Source: a virus
Taxonomy: Duplodnaviria > Caudoviricetes
Reading direction: 5' to 3' (one strand)
Length of the DNA: 64,000 bases
IMG/VR virus record: IMGVR_UViG_3300040935_000019
Location: 809-64,808 of that record
The notes beneath the pieces are model-generated. The model worked only from the letters and a program-made list of their open reading frames with translations, did no database searches and was not told where the DNA came from. This document shows, one piece after another, positions 30,278-38,915 of the stretch (the first letter of the stretch is position 1; the number at the start of each line of letters is the position of its first letter). The position numbers were made by a program, and so were the translations under genes.

Positions 30278-30351
30278 GAAAGGAGGGACCATCATGTTTC
30301 CAACCTATATTAGGTTATCACATTTCTTGTATCTTATCAAGTGGCGCTTCC

Positions 30352-31983
30352 CTATTTGTGATAAACATAAACCAAATTTCCACAAGTAGGAATTTTGTAG
30401 TATCCGTTAATTTCCATGTTTTTCTCTTCTGTCAAAGCCCCATCAAAGAAAGTTATTCCAAATTTTCCTGTAGAGAAATACTCCTTGATCTTGTGCTTTT
30501 GAAAAAATTCTCTTGAAAATACTTTTCTTCCATCTTTTGTGTAGAAATAACCTGGTTGAGTTATAGAAATTCTTTTGAACCCCAGCTTTTCATACACTTT
30601 TCCGTCAGAGAACATGAGATCGGCATAAGAAATGAGAGATTTAGGCTTAAAAACACTAAGAACTTTTCCTAGAAATCCAACTGTAGTCGTGTGTTTTTTG
30701 TTTGCAAATCTGATTAGTTCATACTCATACTCTTTTCTATATCTAGGTTTCGAAAAAGCGGCCACAGAAACTAATTCATCTCCAACAAAAAATCCAAAAC
30801 TATAAGAAAAAGGAACTTTTCCTCCGGAAATATGATTCTCTTCAAAAAACTCAGAAGCTTGGTTATAATCTATTTCACAAATAGTACCTTTTCTGGCATA
30901 GAAAACTTTGTCAAATATTCCAAGTTTTGCTTTAATCATGGAAGTAACCAAGTCAGTTTTTTCAAAAACCCAAAAATCGTAGAAGAAAAGAACATTTATT
31001 CCCCTATCCAAAAAGAAAAATTTTTTCTTCTGAAGGTGGTATGGATTCTTTTTTCTGTCAGAATGCCAATACGATCCATTAAGTTCCACTCCAACTCCCA
31101 AGTTTTCAAAAATAAAATCTACCTCCAATCCATCTATCTTCTTTCTGAACTCAAAATTCACAGGGATATGAGAGGCTATTTCTTCCTCAAAAAACGACTC
31201 AAGAGATGATTTCTTTTGTCTGCATTCTGGGCAAGATGAAACTTTGTATCGAAGCAAAACGTTCAAATGATAATCAAAAGTTCTTCCACAAGAGCAAATA
31301 AGACTAACCTTTTGTTCTATAGAACGAAAATTTATACCTACTAATTTTAGATTATTTTCTTCAAGGTAAGAAAAAACCCTATTCCTAACCTCAATACTCT
31401 TTTTTTGTAAAGCTTCTCTTTTTCTTTTTTCATCAGCAATTTTTCTAGCCTTTAAGGAAATGTTCTTCCTGAGATTTTCAATTTTTTCCTTTTTTCCAAG
31501 GTATCTATCACGTAAAGTTTCATAAGAGAAATCTGCCAGAATTTTTGAGTCAAGTACAAAAATAAATCTAAACCTACCAAAGTCCAGAATGGCATCTACA
31601 CCTAAATCTTTATTGTAATCTTCCAAATTGTTGACAAGTTTCATGACTTCCGAAAACTCAGGAAGAAATTTCATTTTGTTCAAAAAAATAAAAACTAACT
31701 CTGCAAGGCCTATCTCCCTAAAATTTTCACTACCTAGTTCTTTATAAAATCTTTCCGTTTCTAAATTGTACTTTATATCCTGAGCTGACTTTCTAGTGCT
31801 AATTGATTTTTGGTACAAGGTTTCGTAGGGAATTAGGTACTTTTTGTCTTTATAATAGACAATTACCCCTTCTGGAGAAAGCTTGTATTCCAAACCTTCA
31901 AGAAAGGATAACATTTTTTCTACTCTTCTTTTTGGCTTTTCAAGCGATTTATGCTCAATTGGACTAGTGAAGTCTATTTTCAT
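30352..31983 (-). CDS. Free-standing Hef/DUF559 (Vsr-like) homing-type endonuclease
   Basis: CSCG..CPEC Zn motif, EVDF...ELNGSYWHS and a long conserved C-terminal domain (FFEENHI, YELIRF, LISYAD, GKVYEKLGF). The track start lies inside the tRNA; real ATG is 31983, 6 nt after TGG-TACAAT. Confidence 0.75.
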   Translation of the reverse strand: MKIDFTSPIEHKSLEKPKRRVEKMLSFLEGLEYKLSPEGVIVYYKDKKYLIPYETLYQKSISTRKSAQDIKYNLETERFYKELGSENFREIGLAELVFIFLNKMKFLPEFSEVMKLVNNLEDYNKDLGVDAILDFGRFRFIFVLDSKILADFSYETLRDRYLGKKEKIENLRKNISLKARKIADEKRKREALQKKSIEVRNRVFSYLEENNLKLVGINFRSIEQKVSLICSCGRTFDYHLNVLLRYKVSSCPECRQKKSSLESFFEEEIASHIPVNFEFRKKIDGLEVDFIFENLGVGVELNGSYWHSDRKKNPYHLQKKKFFFLDRGINVLFFYDFWVFEKTDLVTSMIKAKLGIFDKVFYARKGTICEIDYNQASEFFEENHISGGKVPFSYSFGFFVGDELVSVAAFSKPRYRKEYEYELIRFANKKHTTTVGFLGKVLSVFKPKSLISYADLMFSDGKVYEKLGFKRISITQPGYFYTKDGRKVFSREFFQKHKIKEYFSTGKFGITFFDGALTEEKNMEINGYYKIPTCGNLVYVYHK

Positions 31984-32006
31984 AAGCTCATTGTACCAAA
32001 AAATTT

Positions 32007-32083
32007 TGGTGGGCCAGGTAGGACTTGAACCTACAACCAACCGGTTATGAGCCGGACGCTCTAACCAATTGAGCTACTGGCCC
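32007..32083 (-). tRNA. tRNA with CAT anticodon, probably Ile2 (lysidine) rather than Met
   Basis: 77 nt; GGGCCAG/CTGGCCC acceptor (C4-G69 and C5-G68, as in TilS substrates), CT-CAT-AA loop, no initiator features. Confidence 0.9.
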
Positions 32084-32146
32084 ACGTGGAAAGCCCTTCC
32101 TAGACTTAGGACCCGGGCGTTTCTAGGAAGGACCCTCCCAATCGCT

Positions 32147-32175
32147 ATACTATCACACAAAGCCAAGAGTGTCAA
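32147..32175 (-). promoter_or_regulatory. Promoter TTGACA-17-TAGTAT for tRNA-CAT
   Basis: Consensus hexamers and spacing. Confidence 0.7.
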
Positions 32176-32238
32176 GCCATATCAAAAGTATGTACTGAGT
32201 ACAAACAATTTCTTGTACTAGACTTTCTATTAGTTCAT

Positions 32239-32466
32239 TTATCTTTGCCTTTTTGAATGTTTATTACTTTTCTTCATTCTTCTCACCTTCCTCAAAAGCT
32301 CTACTGAAACTCTTTCAACGCCTATAGTATTTCCTTCTTGGTCAAAAAATTCAACTTCAACTTCGCCCCCTCCAGGATAAACTAAAACTACTGTACCTTG
32401 AGTTCCTTCAGGTATTTGCGGCAATTCTTTGACTAGCTCAACAACATCAAGTTCTTTTAGATTCAT
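32239..32466 (-). CDS. DUF4926-like small protein
   Basis: ELDVVELVKELP..PEGTQGTVVLVY...EVEF; strong SD. Confidence 0.75.
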   Translation of the reverse strand: MNLKELDVVELVKELPQIPEGTQGTVVLVYPGGGEVEVEFFDQEGNTIGVERVSVELLRKVRRMKKSNKHSKRQR

Positions 32467-32512
32467 TACCTCCTCCTATTTATGACTTCCTCTCTCTATC
32501 ATCCAGGTTCGT

Positions 32513-33886
32513 TTACATTATTTTGCCAGAGAACCCGCATGCGGCCTCCTCCCACAACTGGGCTTCCTCCTTCATCGAGGGAACATTAACACGAATATAG
32601 GGATTAGACCCAAATATTCGTGTTAAAGCTTCCCTCTCCAGAGGCGTAAGTTCGGGGCGGCCCACCCCTACGACATCCTCAGAACTCAGACCAAGTCCCT
32701 TTTTCAAAATCACCAATGCCGCATTAATATCTCTATCACACTCCCAACCGCATTCGCATTTAAATACTCGTTCAGAAAGTTTTATCTCGTTTAATTTTCC
32801 GCAAACAACGCATTCCTTAGTAGTTATTTCAAACCTTCCAACTGGAACAACGTTATCAAGGTTATTTTTTATTCTTGCTTTTATTGAACCTATTCCTGAA
32901 GAATTAACTTGAGCGCCGAAAAGTTTTGTCCATCCGTGAATATTGTCTTCTTGGTATACGACTTTTTCGTAATTTTTTAGAAACGCAATTATCCTATCGT
33001 GTACATCTTTGCGTTTTCTACTAATTTTCTCATATTCTCTTTTCAAGAGATCAATAATCTTTTGCCTATTCTTTGAACCTTTTTGCACTCGTGAAAGTTT
33101 TTTATGTAGTCTTTTTAGACGTTTAGTTTCCTTCAACTCAAAATTCAACTTTATCCCGTTAGACATAGTCAATTTAGAACTAACTCCAAAATCTATAGAT
33201 ACTGGACCAAACTTTTGTCGTCTATTAACCTCCTCTTTTGGTACAAAACAATTCAAATAAACATAATAGCCGCTTGGTTTACTGATCAAAGAAGCGGTTG
33301 CTATTTCTGCATCGGCAGGAATTCTATGTAATCCAAGAACACGGAAAGATCCGAGTTTTTGTATCTTTATCCTATTTCTTGAAAAGTCTATAGTGTGAGT
33401 GCTTCCGTATTGTTTTAGAGGTATAGAACTTATAAACGACTTAAATTTCAGTCTTCCGATTTTTTGTCCATTATTTTTTGCGGCTTTTAGAGATTTTAGG
33501 CTTCTTTTCACTTCATCCGCTAAAGCCTGCTTGACTTGTGAACCTAACAAAATAAGTTCCCTTTCTTCAAAACTATCTCCAACCTTGACTTCTACCCTAT
33601 TAATCTTATTAACTGGAAGCTTAACTCTTTCAATATCGGAAATTAACCAATTATAAAACCACTTTGCTTCAAGAAAAACTCTTTTCAACTCTTCTTCTTT
33701 CTTCTTTGAAAGATTTTGTATTTTCAATTCCACAACAAAAGGAGTTTGATTTTTTCTACGTTCTTTCGTTTCCTGAATAGCCGCTTTTATCTTTTCGTTT
33801 CTCGCCTTTATTTTTGCCTCAAGTGCCTCTTGATTTTTGATGTCAAAAATGCTATTGTTAGGTTCCTGTTTAGTTAGGTAGTCCAT
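32513..33886 (-). CDS. tnpB: TnpB RNA-guided nuclease (IS200/IS605/IS1341-type)
   Basis: RuvC-I SIDFG, RuvC-II YQED, Zn finger CVVCG..CECG, RuvC-III DRDINAA; all three acidic residues present; no tnpA nearby. Confidence 0.92.
   Translation of the reverse strand: MDYLTKQEPNNSIFDIKNQEALEAKIKARNEKIKAAIQETKERRKNQTPFVVELKIQNLSKKKEEELKRVFLEAKWFYNWLISDIERVKLPVNKINRVEVKVGDSFEERELILLGSQVKQALADEVKRSLKSLKAAKNNGQKIGRLKFKSFISSIPLKQYGSTHTIDFSRNRIKIQKLGSFRVLGLHRIPADAEIATASLISKPSGYYVYLNCFVPKEEVNRRQKFGPVSIDFGVSSKLTMSNGIKLNFELKETKRLKRLHKKLSRVQKGSKNRQKIIDLLKREYEKISRKRKDVHDRIIAFLKNYEKVVYQEDNIHGWTKLFGAQVNSSGIGSIKARIKNNLDNVVPVGRFEITTKECVVCGKLNEIKLSERVFKCECGWECDRDINAALVILKKGLGLSSEDVVGVGRPELTPLEREALTRIFGSNPYIRVNVPSMKEEAQLWEEAACGFSGKIM
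32542..32671 (-). ncRNA. Cis omegaRNA (reRNA) scaffold overlapping the tnpB 3' end
   Basis: GC-rich structured block GTAGGGGTGGGCCGCCCCGAAC...GAAGCCCAGTTGTGGGAGGAGGCC at the position expected for a TnpB omegaRNA; long internal hairpin TTAACACGAATAT/ATATTCGTGTTAA. Confidence 0.8.
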
Positions 33887-33893
33887 GACAAAA

Positions 33894-33922
33894 ACAGTAC
33901 ACCATTAGGTTTTCTTTGTCAA
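33894..33922 (-). promoter_or_regulatory. Promoter TTGACA-17-TACTGT, 7 nt before the tnpB ATG (leaderless)
   Basis: Read directly from the sequence; no SD. Confidence 0.65.
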
Positions 33923-33940
33923 GCCCCCCCTGCGCAATAG

Positions 33941-35050
33941 CTAACCAACACCGTTTTCGCTAAACCAGGTCCTTACAGACACTTGTACAAAATCTGCTTT
34001 TCTTCTAAACTCCTCTAAAGATTTTGCTCCAACATAAGACATTGAAGAACCCAAAGCATAGTTGATAGTGTTAATAATTTCCTCTAAGTTTGGAGGATCT
34101 TTAGACAAATAAACATCTCCTTCAGCGTATCTATTGCCCACATAAGTGGATGCCATTCCGTAGTATCTAGCTATTCCTGTGCTTTTATCATAAGTTTCCA
34201 TTTCTTTGCTAATAAACAATTTTCCAGACATAACAAAATCAGAAAATACTAAAGCTTTTGCTATATCTCCATAGTATTTTATCCCACCATCTGAAATTAT
34301 CTTCACGCTAAATCCTTCCTTAATTTTCTCTATTAAATCTTCATATTTCCACAAAAATTCTTCAGAAAGTTCATGAATTCCTTTGTCAAGATCTGTTTTG
34401 CCCAAAATTTTGGCGATTATTTCTAGGATTGACATTTGTGGAAATCCGACTCCACTCATTAACCTAGTTGTACACGCACTTCCGCTTCCGATGCCAACAC
34501 GAATGATAATTTCTTTGTATTTTTCCCAAGTATTTTTTGCCAAATAATATAAACCTTCAACAGAAGCAATATTTCCAACAATGACTCCCTTGTCAATTCC
34601 GAGAGAATTCAAGTAAATTAATGTATTAACTACCAAATTTGTAGATCCAAACGCCGTATCCACCAAAACAAAACTATAATAATCAAGATTTTTTTCAAAC
34701 TTTTTTCTGAATGAATGATCCTCTACTTCTCTGGGACCAATAGATATTGCAGTGTATATACTATTTTCCCCAAGATCTTTTATCAGATCTATCCTTTCTT
34801 CAATGGGCCTATTTATTCTTGAAACAGCGAACAAAAGTCTGTGTTTAGTAAAAATTTCTGCAAAATTTTTCCAAAAATAAGACATTGGTGAGCTAAATAT
34901 GGGTAAAGACAATCTTATTTCTTTCCCATTAATATTTGTAATACTTGAAGACTTGTCTATATCTCTTCTTGAAATAACTTCATCGTTGAAAGTTGGAACA
35001 ATTAAAACATCGTCAAAGGTGTACCCTTTTATTTTTTCTCTCCCCTTCAT
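33941..35050 (-). CDS. IMP dehydrogenase/GMP reductase family protein
   Basis: TFDDVLIVP, SSPM, VGIGSGSACTTR, SDGGI, YYGMAS, MSYVGA; start probably MKGREK. Confidence 0.9.
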   Translation of the reverse strand: MKGREKIKGYTFDDVLIVPTFNDEVISRRDIDKSSSITNINGKEIRLSLPIFSSPMSYFWKNFAEIFTKHRLLFAVSRINRPIEERIDLIKDLGENSIYTAISIGPREVEDHSFRKKFEKNLDYYSFVLVDTAFGSTNLVVNTLIYLNSLGIDKGVIVGNIASVEGLYYLAKNTWEKYKEIIIRVGIGSGSACTTRLMSGVGFPQMSILEIIAKILGKTDLDKGIHELSEEFLWKYEDLIEKIKEGFSVKIISDGGIKYYGDIAKALVFSDFVMSGKLFISKEMETYDKSTGIARYYGMASTYVGNRYAEGDVYLSKDPPNLEEIINTINYALGSSMSYVGAKSLEEFRRKADFVQVSVRTWFSENGVG

Positions 35051-35334
35051 GGCAAGGACAATATAGCACAAAGAAACTTTATTGTAAAGACTAGAAGCTT
35101 GAAGCTTGTGGTAAATTTAAATGAATTCCACAAGAAGTCTTCACTCTTTATAGGGCTTCTTCTGAAAGCACTTCCTGAATGTTTCTGGCATCCACAAATC
35201 CGCTAATGATCTTTGTTATGTAAAGCAGAAATTCTTTGTATGAACTAATCCTCCTTATAAGAGGCCAGGTAATATTAAAATATAAAAGGCCGTGAATATT
35301 GACGTTAAGGCAGAGGCGAAGTATCATGAACGAC

Positions 35335-35664
35335 ATGAAGAGGACCATTCCTTTTACTGTATCTCCAACCAAAAAAAGCGGCTATTTAAACATTGTTTTA
35401 GATAAAGACAAGGCATTCTTCTTTCTAAATTTTGGATTTTCAACATATCTTTCTGACAAATTTATCAACCATTCTGAAGAATTTGAGAAGTACGAAAAAT
35501 ACTTGGATTTACTAATAGAAAATATTGAAGATGTTTTTAAAGAAAAGCTCAATGAGTACGGAAAGATAAACATAATTTTCCCTTATGAAAATTCTGTTTT
35601 TATTGAGAAAATAATAAAAAAGTTAGAGCAAAAATTTGATATTAACCTTATCAAATCTCCTTAA
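35335..35664 (+). CDS. Hypothetical protein
   Basis: TTGACG-17-TATCAT then 7 nt to ATG 35335; the track start is the -35 box. Confidence 0.6.
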   Translation: MKRTIPFTVSPTKKSGYLNIVLDKDKAFFFLNFGFSTYLSDKFINHSEEFEKYEKYLDLLIENIEDVFKEKLNEYGKINIIFPYENSVFIEKIIKKLEQKFDINLIKSP

Positions 35665-35666
35665 CA

Positions 35667-36797
35667 CTAAGAAAGTAGTTTCCTTACTTCACTTAAAGTT
35701 CTATACCTTCTTTTTAGCAAATCAACAACTCCATAAACAACTTCCTCTTCTTTACTTTTCCCTATCACTGCTGGGAAAAGTTCCTCGTTTCTGTGTTTCA
35801 GTGCAAAGCTTTTTCTGTCAAAGCCAAGTTCCCTATACTCAGAAAATAGTTCAAGCGCTCTTTTAACTTTTTCGTTCACAACGTTCTTGACTTTTTCTGC
35901 TATTTCCTCTACAATTTTTTTCTTTTCCCCGTCTATGTTTATCAAAATATCGTCAAGCTTGTCATCAAGAAATGCATTAAAGATAACATCTTCTCGTATT
36001 TCAGAAATAAAGCTGTGAAGATTTAAGTACCACTTTGTTTTAAACTTGACAAAGTTGTTGTTTACAAATGCCACAAAACCCTCCATACCTTTCTCATTTT
36101 CAAGAATGTTTCTTAATCTACAGAACTGGATTTCTTTCCATTGAGCAAACTCCACTTTGTACTCTTTCGCTATTCTCCCAACTTCTTCAAGGGGTAAATA
36201 CTTGCCATTATAGATATTTCTCACCGCCAAAAGAATTAGGTCGTTTCTATCGTACCTCACTACAACTTGATTTTCAGGACCGATAAGCTCAAAAAGAGGA
36301 ACTAATCCATCTTTGTACAAATCAAAAACTAGGATTTTCTTTCTATCGTCTTTCTCTAGAATCTCCTTTCCCGCCTTTGCGTGTTCACTAAAGAAAGAGG
36401 TTTTAGACTTTACAAATAGATAATCGTCTAAAACTATTGGGTGAATAAGAGATCCATCAATCTTTTCTTGAACAACTAAAACTTCATTGTCTTCTATAGA
36501 GAAATCTGTATAAGGATTTTCCTTCCAGTTAAAAAACTTATGAAACGCCGGAAAAGCTTTTTCTCCTAAGAAGGCTATACCTCTCGCTTCTAAAGAACCC
36601 AAATGCTCATTGTTCTTAAAGTCAGAAAAAGTAGCAAACCTGTAGAAGAAAATATCAAACTCTAAATCTCCTAATTTCTCAACCTTATGAACAAAGGATT
36701 CGGAAACCCTAGTTAACTCTATGAAGTTCTTACGAGCGAACATGTCATGCATTATAGCTCTGCTCAATAGTTCTGTCAACTCTAACCTAGAATCCAA
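35667..36797 (-). CDS. T4 Rnl1-like RNA ligase
   Basis: HKFFN, EKIDGSL (motif I), FELIGP.NQVVV.Y, EGFV, VKFKTKWY; start codon uncertain. Confidence 0.88.
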   Translation of the reverse strand: MDSRLELTELLSRAIMHDMFARKNFIELTRVSESFVHKVEKLGDLEFDIFFYRFATFSDFKNNEHLGSLEARGIAFLGEKAFPAFHKFFNWKENPYTDFSIEDNEVLVVQEKIDGSLIHPIVLDDYLFVKSKTSFFSEHAKAGKEILEKDDRKKILVFDLYKDGLVPLFELIGPENQVVVRYDRNDLILLAVRNIYNGKYLPLEEVGRIAKEYKVEFAQWKEIQFCRLRNILENEKGMEGFVAFVNNNFVKFKTKWYLNLHSFISEIREDVIFNAFLDDKLDDILINIDGEKKKIVEEIAEKVKNVVNEKVKRALELFSEYRELGFDRKSFALKHRNEELFPAVIGKSKEEEVVYGVVDLLKRRYRTLSEVRKLLS

Positions 36798-36877
36798 GCA
36801 TATGTCTAAGCATTTTAAAGAGATATCATGCGCTATGTGCGATATTTAAGGGCCTTGTTAGCCATCATGTAAGCTCA

Positions 36878-36949
36878 CAGTATTAAAATCAGTAACAAAG
36901 GTCAGTAATAAAAGCAGTAATAGTTTTCAGTAGTAACAAACAGTAAAAG
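36878..36949 (+). repeat. Six CAGTA-initiated direct repeats, 12-13 nt period (iteron-like)
   Basis: CAGTA at 36878, 36890, 36903, 36915, 36928 and 36941 in the intergenic strand-switch region. Confidence 0.7.
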
Positions 36950-37006
36950 CCGCAAAGCTGTAAAAATACATTGGAGAGTAAAAACTATAAGAAGAGGGCA
37001 GAGCTA

Positions 37007-37114
37007 TTGACAAGCTTGAAGAAGTGCGGTATTTTCAGACAGAAATGTTAGAGAGGCCAGTTAGAGGTGTAGGAAGAGGCAGGTATTGACAATAGGAAAT
37101 CCTTGTACTATCCT
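37007..37114 (+). promoter_or_regulatory. Tandem promoters TTGACA-17-TATTTT and TTGACA-17-TATCCT
   Basis: Read directly from the sequence. Confidence 0.6.
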
Positions 37115-37133
37115 TATCGGAGGAGGACTAAGG

Positions 37134-38915
37134 ATGGAACAGCCCAAAAGAACCCTTTCCGCTTTTAGAACCCTAGAGGAAATTAAAAAGTACTCGTCTT
37201 ACGATGAAAGGCGTTTAAAAAGCAGAGAATTTAGACACATTTCTTTATTGTTGAACAAGATTGGGTTTATGAATTCACCGCTAACTTTGGGCACTTTATC
37301 GAAAAAAACGGGGCTTAGCAAACATGTTCTGAGAAAGCACATTTCATCTTTATCGAAGGCTGGACTCCTTTATCGTATTGTTTATAGCTACAAAAGCGAT
37401 TCTTACATTTTTATTACCGGGTACAAAGGAAAAGACTTTTACTCCCTCATTGAGGGCGGAAGAATAGGAATCTTATCAGGGCTGGACAAACTTTTTGGTC
37501 CAGAGAGAAAGATGAAGATAAAGGATTTTCTTAACGCCGATATAAGTCGTATCAGTTTTTCTACCGGAAATACTTCAGACGAAGCAGAAATACTTAAAAT
37601 TTTACACGATGTGCACAGAGTTTTATGGACCAGAAGGGGCTCGGTTTCATTTAACAGAGAAATTGAAGAAGAAGCCAACTTAAAAAAGCAGGTAGAAAAC
37701 CTCAAAAAAGAAGAAGAGAATAATATTCTGACACTTTCTAATGGCTACGAGAACTCTTTTAATGCGCCTTTTGATGAAGATCGTACCAATGTTTTTTTGA
37801 GTGATTTCTTTGTTCTTGAAAGCCATGAGGAGAGGGACAAAACAATAGAGAAGGAGGAGGAGGCAACGATGGAGCTAAGAGATGTTTTTGGAGAATTCTC
37901 CAAGAAAGAAAAGGAAAGAAACCAAGAAGCTGTTGGATGTGATGCATTTACAGATGAGGAAAACCTTGATTACGACACTTTTGAAGATGAAGGGGAGTTA
38001 AATCACGATGATGATTGTGAGGAAGGAGAGGGACAGTACACAATCAGGTATATCTCTTTTAGAGACCTATTAGGTAAAAAGGAAAAGGAGCCAGAGTACA
38101 TACCTCCAAATGTAGATGAAAATGGAAAGGTTAGCTATATTAGCGCAAGAGAAATGTTTGATTTCTTCAAGAAGGAAAGAAAAAAGAGGGAAAAAGACAT
38201 TGAAACAATGGAAAGAGAGCTAGATGAGATTTTCGGGTATTCAGATTATGATCTTCCAGAGGAAGAAAGTCAGGCACCACAAAAAGATACATTAGAAGAG
38301 TTGCAAGAACTTTTTAGGCAGTTAATAGAGGTTAGTAAAGAAAAGAAAAAGTATGAAAAGGAACTTAAGGAAAAGCTAAGTAAACCTCAAAGCACCGTTG
38401 CAACTAAGGAAGAGCTGGAACGTCTTAAAAACATTGTCAAAGATTGGAAGGAAAAAACTTCTTACATAAAAGAAGAAGAGAGTAAACTTGAAAAGCGTTT
38501 TGTTTTTAGTAACGAACTTAGAGAAAAAGTTTTTGCTATGCTCGAACGCATAAATGAGCTAAAAAGGTTAGGAAAAATTGATTTGGCCAAAGAAGAATAC
38601 AAAAAGGCGTATGAGTTTCTAAAACAAGAAACAGGACAGGTATTTATTCCAAGGGAATGGGATTTTGGCAAGCACGTTATAGACCCACTAGATCCGTTCG
38701 AGTGGAATGAATTTAATAAGCACGATTATTACTATGTAGAGATGTTTAAGAACAAACTAGTGCACAACTTTTTTGGTGGGTATAGATTCTTCCAAAGACT
38801 TGCCCTTAAGCAACTTAAAGAAGAAGGCCTTTTAAAAGGGGGGCCGTTAGATGATCCAGAATACGCTGAGATTGCTAAAATAATGGGGGACAACGATGAA
38901 GATGATACCCTTTGA
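37134..38915 (+). CDS. Winged-HTH protein with long acidic linker (possible replication initiator/regulator)
   Basis: TLGTLSKKTGLSKHVLRKHISSLSKAGLL wHTH; start moved to MEQP after GGAGGAGG. Confidence 0.6.
   Translation: MEQPKRTLSAFRTLEEIKKYSSYDERRLKSREFRHISLLLNKIGFMNSPLTLGTLSKKTGLSKHVLRKHISSLSKAGLLYRIVYSYKSDSYIFITGYKGKDFYSLIEGGRIGILSGLDKLFGPERKMKIKDFLNADISRISFSTGNTSDEAEILKILHDVHRVLWTRRGSVSFNREIEEEANLKKQVENLKKEEENNILTLSNGYENSFNAPFDEDRTNVFLSDFFVLESHEERDKTIEKEEEATMELRDVFGEFSKKEKERNQEAVGCDAFTDEENLDYDTFEDEGELNHDDDCEEGEGQYTIRYISFRDLLGKKEKEPEYIPPNVDENGKVSYISAREMFDFFKKERKKREKDIETMERELDEIFGYSDYDLPEEESQAPQKDTLEELQELFRQLIEVSKEKKKYEKELKEKLSKPQSTVATKEELERLKNIVKDWKEKTSYIKEEESKLEKRFVFSNELREKVFAMLERINELKRLGKIDLAKEEYKKAYEFLKQETGQVFIPREWDFGKHVIDPLDPFEWNEFNKHDYYYVEMFKNKLVHNFFGGYRFFQRLALKQLKEEGLLKGGPLDDPEYAEIAKIMGDNDEDDTL

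Noticed and set aside
30017-30313. 98-aa plus-strand ORF
   Set aside because: Antisense to tRNA-Trp and its terminators
31984-32040. N-terminal extension of the endonuclease ORF
   Set aside because: Lies inside the tRNA-CAT gene; the ATG at 31983 has a proper -10
32500-33940. Complete IS200/IS605 or IS607 element
   Set aside because: No transposase gene and no recognisable left-end hairpin
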